A stretch of DNA of 64,000 nt from Botryllus schlosseri (Eukaryota), in NCBI GenBank assembly GCA_051294905.1, contig CM119372.1, forward strand, positions 5,644,001-5,708,000. Reading direction: 5' to 3'. Under the pieces are notes generated by a model. The model was not told the DNA's origin, made no database searches, and saw nothing but the letters and a program-made list of their open reading frames with translations. Position 1 is the first letter of the stretch, and the number at the start of each line of letters is the position of its first letter. Shown one piece after another: positions 1 through 12,433 of this stretch. The position numbers were made by a program, and so were the translations under genes.

Positions 1-59
1 CCGATTACAAAATATGGTTACCTTGCAACAACTGACGATAACTTTCATACATTTCGCAG

Positions 60-2941
60 ACGACAGCGTCACTTCTGGGACTTCAGAAGAATCAGATATA
101 GGTATGATCAAAACCAGCTATCATGTGCTACATCGAAAAGGTGCAACATGCGTAATTTTGTAGGCAATGAACAGGACAATGAATTTTTATGTATTCATCA
201 GTGTTGGGATGACTCGAGTCATGACTTGACTCGAGTCACACTCGAGTCACCTTTTTCGTATGACTTGACTTGACTCGAGTCACTTTGTCAAAATGACTTG
301 ACTTGACTTGACTCGGCGTATCAGAAATGTGGATTGACTCGTGACTCGAAGCAAAAATCACGAGTCAATTTCACGTCATTAAGCACTCGATGTCGATAAA
401 AATCACTGTATCTTGCAATCGGATTGTTCGCAAAACGCTAGTGTAACCCGTGAGATCGACCAATCATTCAATGATCGTGCGTTTTACTGAGCCTCCATTG
501 TTCTCTCACAAATAAATTGACCGCTTACGAAGTGATCGAAGCTTACAGCTTACGCTATCGTAAACTAGTATTGTAATGTATTTTAATAGAAAAATGTCTA
601 TTACTGTTCTCTGTACCTGAACCAAACCTCTTTCTTGAAATTAAATTCGAAGATAGTTTATATAGTCCTCGACCATTGGCGCAGGCTCGAATTGTATCAT
701 ATTCATTTGTAAATGTGTCATGTATTGCATCTTATCAATTCGTTTCTCTATTCTCTATATTGGCTGGTAATTATATACTGAGGCTTTGCCGTTATACTTG
801 CGTAGTTCAGCATTTCTACGTATATGTAAGCGATACAAGCGCCGTCTTACGTGTATATTTACCTTCATATTCGTTCATCGGTTCAAAATCAATGACCAGT
901 TAATCTGTATTTCAGACAGCTAGCAAAATGCAATGGCGTAGGCATTCGGAAAATGCAACTTGACTTGAAATGTGACTTGACTCGTGACTTGACTTGACTT
1001 GACTCGACTTGACTCGAGTCACCTTCGAAAATCGATTGACTTGACTTGACTCGAGTCAAAATGTGCAATGACTCGAAATGACTCGTAACTCGAAGGTAGT
1101 GACTTGATCCCAACACTGGTATTCATCGCTAGCTTCACGTAGAAATAATACCTTCTGAAATTGATTTTGTGACGACGATGAAACACAAAACTGTAGTCTC
1201 CAACAACTGACTATAACTTTCATATATTTCGCAAACGAAAACGACACATCTGGAACTTCTGGAGAAACAAATATAGGTATGATAGAAACCGGATATCACA
1301 TGTTACATCGAAAAGGTGCAACATAGAATAATGAGTGGCGCATCGAGTAAAAAACACGTAGCATCCTATAATGAACAACATTCCTATCAATCGAGAAATT
1401 CGAATCATATGTAGTTCGTCGTCATTCAATTGACATACATTCCAATTGTATTTTCAGTTGTAATCATAGTTCCGGTGATATTGGTCGCGCTTCTGGTGGC
1501 ATTGCTGGTTTTCTTATATTTCCGGTAATGTATAAATGTCCTGTCGCTAAGTTACGACATGTGTGACGACACTTTCATTTTACAGACGCCGCTCTCTCGG
1601 TGAAGAAGTAACAAGTAGTGCGGGTGAAAAGTAAAAACGAATTCTTGAGTTCTGGTTTCAGTATAATTGATAATAGTCATTCTTAGATGAGGCCGAAGCA
1701 ATCACCACTATTACAGAAAAAAATTAAAATGAAATTTGGCGGAATGATACCATTATATAATTGCTTAGTTCATGGACATCTGTTATGATCGATCGGACTT
1801 CTTCATTGTTAAATATAGTGGTTTAGCATTTTCTGTCACAGAAATGATAGATTTAATTGAGCATAGCAACGCTATCGACTACAAGTTGTGGAATGTTAGC
1901 CATTCGCACATATAAATTCAAATATCTTTCAACGACAGACCCACAGTGTCGCCATTGTCCTTGGGTAGCATATAACAACAAGGAACGCACGGATTTGTCT
2001 CCTAAAAATGTGCGACTCCACATATGTATCTAGATCTAGAAAGAGACTCCAAAAATGACGACCGACAATATTAAGGATTTGCAGAAAGTGCCATGGGCAT
2101 AAAACATTATATGTATACTTTACTTTGCAGGAAGAGCGAGATCTATGACACTGTTGAATTGGAATCTAAAACAGGTCAATGCAATGACAGCTATAGTCCG
2201 CCGCGTAAATCCGAACACCCTGTCGCGCCATATGAGTAACTATATACCTAGCCAGGATGAATTGGAAACGTAAATATTTCTTTAAACCTTAACAGATTCA
2301 TTGACGATGCTATCGCAAAGTCTGGAGAATATCACACTTTGAAATTGGACACAGTTCCAATGCCGTCTGATGGGGACGGATTATACAACAAGTAATCCAT
2401 GTTCTGTTCCTTTTCCACAACTGAATATTTAGATAAATATTATAATTGTGATCGAAGGTTAAGCGAAGTAACTGGAAAACCATGGACCGCAAACACAAAC
2501 GAAAATAAAGCTAATAAAGACGACCCATATGCTGAGTAATTACCGATGTTTTTATGAAGGGTTACCACGATGTTCGCAAGTACAGAATGCATACGAATTT
2601 CAGGATTAAAGATTCGAATGTCGAATCCCAAGAAGAAAACAAGGATTCTACTGTCGATGATGACGATGACTGCGCACGGTTATTGAGTGAAATAAAATTG
2701 ATAGTTACTGTACCTATAACGGAAGTACCTATTTTAGGTCTGATGAGAAATCCAATGCAGCTGGTGGTCCTGTAGAATCGGAAACCGATGGACGAACGAA
2801 TAATTATTTCGAGTAATCTTATACCTCCCTCAACATATGGACTCAAATAAGTCTCTTTGTTTTACATTCAGAATCAACCTGCCTAATACGGAAGATTTGT
2901 ACGCGCGACCAAACAAGCCGCAGACGTCTACTAATCAATAA
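60..2941 (+). CDS. 3' part of a spliced type-I membrane receptor: stalk, TM and tyrosine-motif tail (5' end outside window; integrity uncertain)
   Basis: Manually spliced GT-AG exons: 60-101 (DDSVTSGTSEESDI), 1458-1524 (TM VVIIVPVILVALLVALLVFLYFR), 1586-1623 (RRSLGEEVTSSA), 2131-2235, 2296-2391, 2458-2535, 2604-2678, 2738-2812, 2872-2941 (INLPNTEDLYARPNKPQTSTNQ*). Tail introns are 59-68 nt with consistent phases. Exons between 1687 and 2075 have weak or broken splice sites and are unresolved. Confidence 0.75.
199..1118. mobile_element. hAT-type MITE (intronic)
   Basis: TIR CAGTGTTGGGAT...ATCCCAACACTG; perfect 8-bp TSD gtattcat (191-198/1119-1126); subterminal GACTT/GACTC repeats. Confidence 0.92.
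1235..1276 (+). pseudogene. Duplicated 42-nt stalk pseudo-exon
   Basis: 1200-1324 is a diverged copy of 24-149. The ATAG|gtatga donor is kept but the acceptor ttcgcAG has become ttcgcAA. Confidence 0.65.
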
Positions 2942-5291
2942 CGAGTCACCCGAACTTGTCCGAACAGCGGAAGTCATTTGGGACGTTTGAACAGAAATAT
3001 TTATTCAGCGCATACATCGAGATTCATTTGAGTTTATTCGATAGGAAAAAAAGAACTAAATGACATTTGCTTTCAGAGAGCTTCTGATTCATGCGTGCAC
3101 AGACTTTAATATAAGCTTCGCTGTGGGCGCGAACTTGTTAATGTTAATTTCAAACACTACTTTGCTGATAGGAAAAAGGGATAGTTGAGGAACAATGTAC
3201 AGTAGTAATCAAAAGCGCAATAATATCATATCGTCATTGTATAGCTATCATATAATGCACTTCTCAATAGTGGCACTGTAGAAAATCTGTCTTAATTGAC
3301 CGTATTCGGAGTAACGACTTCAACATTGTAAGTCACTTCGATTTCAATCCTCGTTTCTCAGATTCAGAAGGCATGTTATACATGGCAAATGACATGACCT
3401 TATAAGGAAATATCTTATTTGCCATTAACATTGGTCTTTTCGTCGCACTCTGCACAGATCATTGACAGACAGACAGACAGACAGACCACGAAACATCAAC
3501 TGAAAGATATACTCATTCACGAGTTACTCTTAATTCAGAGAGCTCTTCTAGTCGGTGCAAGGTTCGGTATCCGTCAAAATCTAAACATAAGTGAATAAAC
3601 AAACAATAAATAGTACGACGCAATTATGAGATTAAATATCGTAATATATTTAGAACAGTGGTTCCCAAATGGTGGGGAATTCAATGGTTTATGGTGGGGA
3701 ACACGCATTTGCTCAAAATTACATACAGGACAGGCTACATATTGACGGAGACACATACGCAATTACCGTTACCAGTTAACTGCTCTGGAATGTATTTATC
3801 GAAAATTATATTGCGTGTCGTTCACAAAACCTCATTTTAACTCTGCAATGATGGCGTCACAAATGCATCCAGCACGCCTAGTTTTACGTGATATAGCTGC
3901 TCTGTGATGACAAAAGTGTTGGGTAGTGGGGAACAGGACCCCAACTGCCGCACTCCAAACTCTTCAATTGATGGGAGGGGCGAGCTCGAAGAGACCCAAA
4001 ATTATTTCGTGAATTAATATTAATTCCAGAGTATTTTGGAAATGTATGTCACTTTTTCAAATTTTTTCGGGTTGGGTGCGCGATTTAATATTGCCGAATA
4101 TCGTGATTATTGGGTACCCTTCCTCCACGAGAATACGTAGAATCTATAGGCCAGGTAACATGCGACTCCGTAAAGTGTGCCATAACGATCAGCAACGACA
4201 AGACCTTGGCCGAGAAGAAATGCCCTTGTGGTGACCGAAAACTTTAGTCAAACTATAGCTGTAAAACGTTATCATGATATCCATGGTTTAATCTCAGCAA
4301 GTCTGACACCAGCTTACTGGGTGCTTTCCAGAGGAATCCAATGCCAGGTAAGTATTTTTATATAATACACATTAATTAATTTTTTCATGTTCAAGATATA
4401 TTGCCGTAACAAAACTTATGTGCGTGTAACATATTTCCTATCGTGCAACACAGCAGCGCGCTGGGAATGCACACAATATAGACTAGCCTTATACGAATCA
4501 GAGACAAAGGATACCAAGGTATAGGCTGTGCACGATCATAACATCAATAAATCAATGCGCGTGAGCAATTTAGACAATTGACAAACAAACGTAATTAAGC
4601 GACACAAATAAGGAGCCCAGATCCATCGAAAAGTGCTAATGCGGAGACTAGAACAGACGATCCCGTGTCAATCCTTATTTCCTCGTGTGCTCTGCTTCCG
4701 TATTTATTCCATGTATTCCGTGATCTGCCCGACGCATGTCTTATTATTCTTTCCTCTCACGGTGTTTTGAGATCTATCGTCAATGGTCATATTACACCAA
4801 GCCGATATTGCTTATTATGATTCCTGATCTGCCAAATTGTAGCATGACTCATATAAGTCCTTAACTTTCTAAATACCACTTACGAGGACTTATTATGTCA
4901 CAATCCTGAGGTACATGATGGGTTTTTAAACATCACTAAATGCATCAAATGGAGCAATCAAATGCTGTAATAATCCCATAAAATCAATATCTTCCGTCGC
5001 TTTTCCAACAATTTCGATGAAGAGTTGCAAGGGAATATAAGCAAACGCCGTAACGGTCCAGGCCAGACCAGACAATGTATTCTGAGTATGACTATTGCTA
5101 CCTTGATATTGAGCAGAATATAAACTGGTTTGTATACTTGGTACCGTTATAACCCCATAAACGAGTTATGCAGTGGTCAACACCCCAATCGCACGGATTT
5201 TGATTTTATGATACAATAAAAATATCTGAAGAGCTTCTTGGAGGTACAGAACTTCAATATACAATTGAATAGTATATTCATATTGAAATGA

Positions 5292-5325
5292 ACCCGAATA
5301 TTTTCGGCTGACACTCGTCAGGGGT
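5292..5325 (-). ncRNA. Minimal hammerhead ribozyme motif (inverted-arm copy)
   Basis: Reverse complement of 5614-5647. Confidence 0.65.
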
Positions 5326-5613
5326 AATCGTCAGCAACTAGTAGAGAATTGGAAAGAACATTGTATATCAACAATCGTATCACAAAATATGACGTCACCA
5401 GCATGAAAGAGAGAGCGTTCAATGTACTATTTTTAGGTGGAATCAACTTTTATCAAAATACACCAACCAAAACTCTGTCAACAAAAGGAGTTCGTGTACC
5501 ACCTAAAAATAGGACATTGAACGCTCTCTCTTTCATGCTGGTGACGTCATATTTTGTGATACGATTGTTGATATACAATGTTATTTCCAATTCTCTACTA
5601 GTTACTGACGATT

Positions 5614-5647
5614 ACCCCTGACGAGTGTCAGCCGAAAATATTCGGGT
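5614..5647 (+). ncRNA. Minimal type-I hammerhead ribozyme motif
   Basis: ACCC-CTGACGA-G(tgtcagc)C-GAAA-ATAT-TC-GGGT: conserved core, stem I ACCC/GGGT, palindromic AATATT stem III. Confidence 0.65.
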
Positions 5648-7860
5648 TCATTTCAATATGAATATACTATTTAATAAAAATATCAAATCAAGATGGATCC
5701 ATGTACGCCTGTTAGATTTTAATATTCGACCGCGATTTATTGTTTATATAATTTGATTCGATTGGTTGCAAGTAAATCGTGATATACGAAAAAGGTTCAC
5801 AGTACGGAACCTACCAAGGTTCCTTTGTGAACGCGAACCTCTAAATTTCCGACGTTCACACACAGAACGCGAACGTTAACCTCACATTTACACCATCCCT
5901 AGTATCTTGCTCTTCTGTGTTAGTGACTACGTTGCTGAAAATTAAATCCATTGGCTTGGTATTATATGTTCTTCGTGCAGTAGTTTAATTTCAAGAAACA
6001 CATATCCATATCTAATGTGACAGGCCACGATTGAGCAACACCGATTAGCCTGCTAATACGACCGTAATCAAGGATGTCTATTGTCCATATTCAAGTCAAA
6101 AGTCAAACAGTTTCTACTGAATAAATTTTAATCATCGTTTGGTAAAAAGACTACAAGTCGATACGACTACCTCCTGTCTTTAAATTGGATTCTTGGTGTT
6201 TTGAGACCATGAAAATTATTATTAAACGAAATCAATGAAACTGTATGCAAATGTTTATTGTTTTGCAAATACAAAGGTAATAACAGTTCCCATAACGAAT
6301 CGTAGGCAAACATAGATAGCCCTTCGAAATGAAAGTAAATATACATTAACCATGTGGCGGAAATAATCGTAGCGTTTGTTTTAAGATAAACGATGATGTG
6401 GGTAATCCAGCAATCGGCGAAACAGTTAGGATATTGCCTATTGTTTTCTTTTGAGACGAGGCATTAGAAATTCCTTGGTAAGCAATCGTCAAGACTCGCA
6501 GTAGCATGCTATAAATCGCTCAAATGACCATCCTGAGATACATACTCTTTGTGATCTTCGTATTACGCATATAAGGGATATCTATTATTCTGGAATATAA
6601 AGTTTAAATAACGATATCATGGATAGTAATGAGATAGTGACATTGTTGGTGTATTGATTGCAGATTCAGTAGTTTTATTCACTATGATACCGCGCAAAGG
6701 AAGAAACCTTCATGCTTTTCATTCTGCATCTACTATTTGAAAAGTTTCCAAAACGTATTAACATACCCATGCCAGAAGAGTAACATCATCATTCTACGAT
6801 TATGACATCAGTGACGGATTTTACAAATAGGCCGATGCTGCTCCGCAAACCTTATCGGAACCCCAAGTTATTTTTCTGAGTCATAAAAACAAAAATCAAC
6901 CACGATACATACCTAATATGTTGCTATAGATTACTGGTGCACGAAATGAACTGTGCATCAACAGACTTTTAAGAGAACAACACCATTAAAATATTATTTC
7001 CATACAAAACAAAAACTTTACAATGAATAACTATTACTTCGAGTGTTCCCTTTCAGATACCAGTTCAGAAATGCGAGGACTCACCTTGGAAAGTGTCATC
7101 GTATTGTTCCGGCGAAAACGCAACAACGCGATACCAATTGTAAATATTGGAGATACAATTGACATTTCACGAGGACTGAATTCTGATTTTGAACCCCAAC
7201 ATCCCCTGCGCACGCCACTGCAAACGGCGTACCGCCACAGCAGTCCCAATGCGAGTACTGATCGGGCCTAATCCCCTGCAACCAATGATGGTCAATACGG
7301 GCGTGTCATCACAAATCATCTGTAATGACCTAGTGATCGTCGTGACCTCCAGGAAACCCCGAAGACTAGCTCAGGGAGGCCATGGTGTGTCAGGGAAAAC
7401 CGTTGAAGATCCACTCCACTGTCCTGCATGCTATCGATTATTCAATTATACTTATTGTTATATAGCCTGACAAATACAGCAGGTTCTAAAATTACGCGCC
7501 ATGCGATAATAGAAGGCCGGCACGTATACTTTGAATTGCAACCGACCCTGTTAACTAAATAATCTGACACAGTAAACTTGACTGTGAAGTCGGCTATCAG
7601 TATCATCAGTATATCACTCGTGATATCATCTTGTTAGTTACTATCAAGAAAGGTCACTAGTTCTGTATTTGGGGTTGCACTAAAACAATAGGTTCGATTA
7701 GAACATTTGTTAAGCAAATCCGATCTCAAAATTTTGTTTTAAAATATTGTATCATTATGGCACATTTGTCTAAATATACTTTCAGTTAACACACATGTAG
7801 GGTGAGCAACCTGCGGCCGTAGAAGGAAATTTTTGCGGCCGTGACGCCTAATCTAAATAG

Positions 7861-8612
7861 CGGAAGATATTGATTTTATGGGATTATTACAGCATTTGAT
7901 TGCTCCAGTTGATGCATTTAGTGATGTTTAAAAACCCAGCATGTACCTCAGGATTGTGACATAATAAGTCCTCGTAAGTGGTATTTAGAAAGTTAAGGAC
8001 GTAAATGAGTCATGCTACAATTTGGCAGATCAGGAATCATAATAAGCAATATCGGTTTGGTGTAATATGACCATTGACCATAGATCTCGAAACACCGTGA
8101 GATGAAAGAATAATAAGACATGCGTCGGGCAGATCACGGAATACATGGAATAGATACGGAAGCAGAGCACACGAGGCAATAAGGATTGACACGGGATCGT
8201 CTGTTCTAGTCTCCGCATTAGCACTTTTCGATGGATCTGGGCTCCTTATTTGTGTCGCTTAATTACGTTTGTTTGTCAATTGTCCAAATTGTTCACGCGC
8301 ATTGATTTATTGATGTTATGATCGTGCACAGCCTATACGTTGGTATCCTTTGTCTCTGATTCGTATAAGGCTAGTCTATATTGTGTGCATTCCCAGCGCG
8401 CTGCTGTGTTGCATACGATAGGAAATATGTTACACGCACATAAGTTTTGTTACGGCAATATATCTTGAACATGAAAAATATGCATTAATGTGTATTGTAT
8501 AAAAATACTTACCTGGCATTGGATTCCTCTGGAAAGCACCCAGTAAGCTGGTGTCAGACTTGCTGAGATTAAGCCATGGATATCACGGTAACGGTTTACA
8601 ACTATAGTTGAC
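7861..8612 (-). repeat. ~750-bp inverted duplicate of 4247-4996
   Basis: Highly similar reverse complement along its whole length; flanked by a ~135-bp direct repeat (~7720-7859 / ~8831-8969). Confidence 0.92.
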
Positions 8613-11600
8613 ATTCAGTGGTTCTCAAACTGAGGGGCGTGAAAGCATCTAAGGGGGCGCGAAACCACCCGAGAAAAATGATATTTCTTGCACTAGAATG
8701 AGTTTAATTTGTGCTGAAATCTCTGAGTTTCAATAACGACAATCATTCTGAATCAGTGGTTCCCAACCTTTTTGTCTTCATTCCCCGCTTCCGATTTATT
8801 CCGAGCCTTCACACCCCACAAAAACCGTAATCCGATCTGAAAATTTTATTTTAAAAAATTGTATAATTATGGCACATTTGTCTAAATATACTTTCAGTTA
8901 ACACATGTAGGGTGAGCAACCTGCGGCCGTAGAAGGAAATTTTTGCGGCCGTGATGCCTAATCTAAATAAGATGTGTTGGCGGCCGTCGACAGGCAAATT
9001 GAATTATTGATTAATTGAATTCAAAGTTTTCTTCGCGTTACGCGCGATTCAATGCTATGCTTCATAGTAGCGCCCTTTGCTAACTTAGTCTCACAGTACA
9101 GACGCGACCGACAGAGAATAATGATGCGCCCCATATAGGAATACAAATTCATAATCGTGTGCTTCTCACGAAAGAAATTTGTTCCTGGTAGGTTTAGGCG
9201 ATTCCAATATACTTCCACTGTACCTTACCGATAATCCTGATGGGAGGTCAAGAAATAACAGCATGCAACAAAGTGACTAATAATAATTGGTCCAGCCGAA
9301 GGTGCATCATCATGTGAAACTTGCCCTAAATTTAAGAAGCTAAAATGTTGGGAGCATAGACTGACGTTCGAAAAACGAGAGTAACCGATTGTGGGAGAGC
9401 GCGAATGGATGCCGCATTACGTAATATGACAAAAAAAAACAGACCGGAAAGAGATTAATCTTAATGATATTACCGTTGTGAGCCCAAATGACGTTATGGG
9501 CTATAAGCGCCAATGTTCTGAAGAATATTACAAACAAAACAAACAAACACCTCATCCATCATCTCCATCAGTGAATCTGATCATATGGTCTGATATTAAA
9601 GGATAATTATTTGATTTTATGATGTGAATCTACTAATATTATTGGCGAAAATAATTTGTCAATGTGAAAAAATGCGAATAGTAACCGATATGAGAAAGTA
9701 GATTAGCCCGGAGTTCACCGGAGATGATGGACATGAATGGTTTAACATGGGTGTTTGGCGCCCAGTTAGTTAATTACGGCTTATGCACTGGAATGCGGTC
9801 GTAGGCTACAAAAGTAATCGAAATGCGGCTGTGAATAGCAAAAATGTTGCTCTCCCCTGATTGTAATATATGACCCTTCCGAAGACTTGCACTAAAATTT
9901 GGCCAATTTTTGACACCGTCGTTGGTTCATCAGTTCTTTAACCTGCTGCTGCCGCTAATTTGTTTTGCTAGACACACTGTGTCTCAGTCACGCAATCAAT
10001 CTATGCAAATGATGAGCTGCGATAAAGTGAAAGCAGTTGAATACGAATTAGATAAAAACATCTGGAATTTCTGCATATCATATCTATGGTAGGGAAGCTC
10101 ATAGAAGGCTTCAATCTGAGATTACAGTATAGCAGACCGGATTATAGGCTATAAATAGGGATGGTGCGAACATTGGGGTCATGCTCGTGTTTGGTGAAGG
10201 AGCCGGTTCTACGCCATTGGTGTTCAACATTTTCGCCAAATGGCGACATCTTTAAACAAATGATTGCGCGGGTCATTTGAGTGTTTACTGCTAGTTTGTA
10301 TACTTCGAAATTGCTATGTCGTGATTTCTTATTAAGACACTCACTCCTAATTTCCAACGATGGCAATGTGTATTATCCTGTCAATGCCACAACTCAGTCG
10401 AAAACAAACTCTGTACCGTACATCAACCGTGTTGACATGGCGAGATAACGTAGTGGTAATAATCCACGGCTGCAATACCAGTAGGTTGCGATTTCGAGTC
10501 CGACCGAGATCGACTCCAGAATTCAGCTACGGAACAAAATCGGTGAAAATTGGCCTGGTGTAAATTGTAGTCGACAAACACCATGAATAACACAAACAAA
10601 CCTTGTTGACTGTTTTTGACATTGTTAGACATTGCCCAGTTATTTTACATCACCACCATGCCATGCTTCGAAATTTGTCTGGAATTCACACCTTGACTAT
10701 CGAGAGGGAATAGTTAGTCATTAAATCTTCAATAAATTATTGAAGCGTTACCTGTGGTTTTTATGTATATCTTATATATTTTATTATCTACCGTAGCCGT
10801 TGGTATTCAAAACGTTTTGAAACTTCTCCCCCAACAAGGTCCACTCTTCCGAAATATTATTGTTATTGGACAATATATATACTCAAACTTTTCATTTCGT
10901 TTATTAGATGCAGACGGTAAGTGACTTAAGTCCACGATGAAGTCTGCCAAATAGTTTCTTCGTCCGTAAGTAAGCATCACCTTATCTCATAGAAGATATG
11001 GATCGGGAATGGCAACCAACGCTGTTGACTGGTGATAGCTTTACTATCTCCATCTGATTATCTGCGCCATGAAACCTATCATCAGCAACACCGTATTCGT
11101 TATCATAACAATCCTATCACGTCAAGTCCTCGCTCGAGGTTGGTATATCTATCTATATGGGCGAGGTACCGACGCCGTACATTTCAGAGATCGAAGAATG
11201 AGAATACAAATCTTCATCTAAAACCGCATTATTCGAGAACTTATGCTGGCGAGTCGAGTCAATTCAGGATGAATGATAATAATCCCGGTGAACGCATAGT
11301 GTTGTCTAGCTAGTACAAGTATCGTACAGTATTGCATCTTAGCTGCCTATTGAGGAGGGCGCGAGATATACCAAGATTCGCTTGAATTTGATGTAGGCCT
11401 ATGAAGTAAAGTCTATAAAGTAAAGTATATAAAGGTTTGTTGCTCATCGATACCACTTATAGTTTGGAACGCAGTCCGTGACGCGCTCATCTTTATCGAA
11501 TAGCATGTATAAAGACACTCTACTATCTTTACCTACCATGGTCGAGCTGGGACAATATCTGCTGTTCATAAGAGCACAGTCAAAATTCAAAAACGAAAAT

Positions 11601-11809
11601 ATTCGGACATTTATCAACAGGTCTCAATCAGGAAAGGAAAGGACGTAGTTTATTTTTGCCCTTTATGTTTTTGCGGCATTTATACCGACTCATGATGGAC
11701 ATACACGCGATCTGTGCATATGCATACCACGAGTGCATGATGTGCATATGCCGCTGGACAAGGAAGGTGCAGATATAGCCTTGTGTGGCTTTCTAAGTCT
11801 TACACCACC

Positions 11810-11936
11810 CATCCTTGCTATCTCAAGCAGGGAAGTCATGGATACCAGTGTTACTAGGTCGTTGGTGTGACCCGACCAGGGACCGAACCCACGACCTACC
11901 GATCAAGAAGCCGGACGCTTAACCATTACGCTATCT
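11810..11936 (-). mobile_element. tRNA-derived SINE
   Basis: Diverged reverse-complement copy of the 12434 element, with A/B boxes. Confidence 0.7.
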
Positions 11937-12433
11937 TGTCGGCACATCAAAACGCAGATGTCACTACGATAAAAGTATTTCACTCCGTCATTAAATGAGT
12001 TCTCGTGGAGCGTCCCATGGCGTAAATTACTGTAACACAAACAATTTAATCATGATGAAGGGCCGGTGCAATGTATATGTAGCTGTACGGATATCAGAAC
12101 GTCCTTGCGGTAGCCTATGTGACTACCTTCAAGTTAGAATGCAAGCTAATTATATAACTGAACCATAGCGCGCGTATATTGAGGTTGTCGGATCGATTTT
12201 TGACCGGGTTGGTCAAAGACTCAGCGTCCTCATCACTGGCATTCAAGTAGTAGAACTATCGTCGTAAATTTCTACCTAATCGCGAGGGTGATTTTCAAAT
12301 TAAGTTAAAGGGAACCTCTATCTAGGCCTAGTCCATGTAGACGCGAAAACGACGAAGTAAGAAGTAGGAGTAGTCTCAAATCATAATCACGTCAAAAAGT
12401 GTTTCAAGTAGGCAAAATCTACTACACCGTAAT

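Larger units (their letters stand above)
5227..5672. mobile_element. Palindromic Penelope-like (pLTR-derived) insertion
   Basis: Near-perfect ~170-bp inverted arms (5268-5439/5499-5671); 12-bp TSD aataaaaatatc (5215-5226/5673-5684); arm ends match the 3' end of the Penelope-like remnant at 63.0 kb. Confidence 0.75.
4926..9555 (-). pseudogene. Multi-exon pseudogene: putative signal peptide, ectodomain and several hydrophobic/TM segments (Fester-family-like architecture, inferred)
   Basis: Exons with mostly matching phases: 7423-7085 (GTGAGT donor), 6875-6767 (..SIGLFVKSVTDVIIV/MMLLFWHG), 6532-6351 (MVI*AIYSMLLRVLTIAY..), 5708-4926 (..LIFLLYHKIKIRAIGVL..LAWTVTAFAYIPLQLFIEIV..SDV*). Weaker exons: 7679-7530, ~9322-9080 and 9555-9474 (MRCLFVLFVIFFRTLALIA..). 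Many in-frame stops, two frameshifts and a TE insertion in the last exon. The two 5' exons lie between hAT-like termini (8908/9859), so they are less secure. Confidence 0.55.

Noticed and set aside
7385..7423. Sushi-like GQWSG motif on the minus strand
   Set aside because: It lies in a different frame from the one supported by the 22.7-kb paralog.
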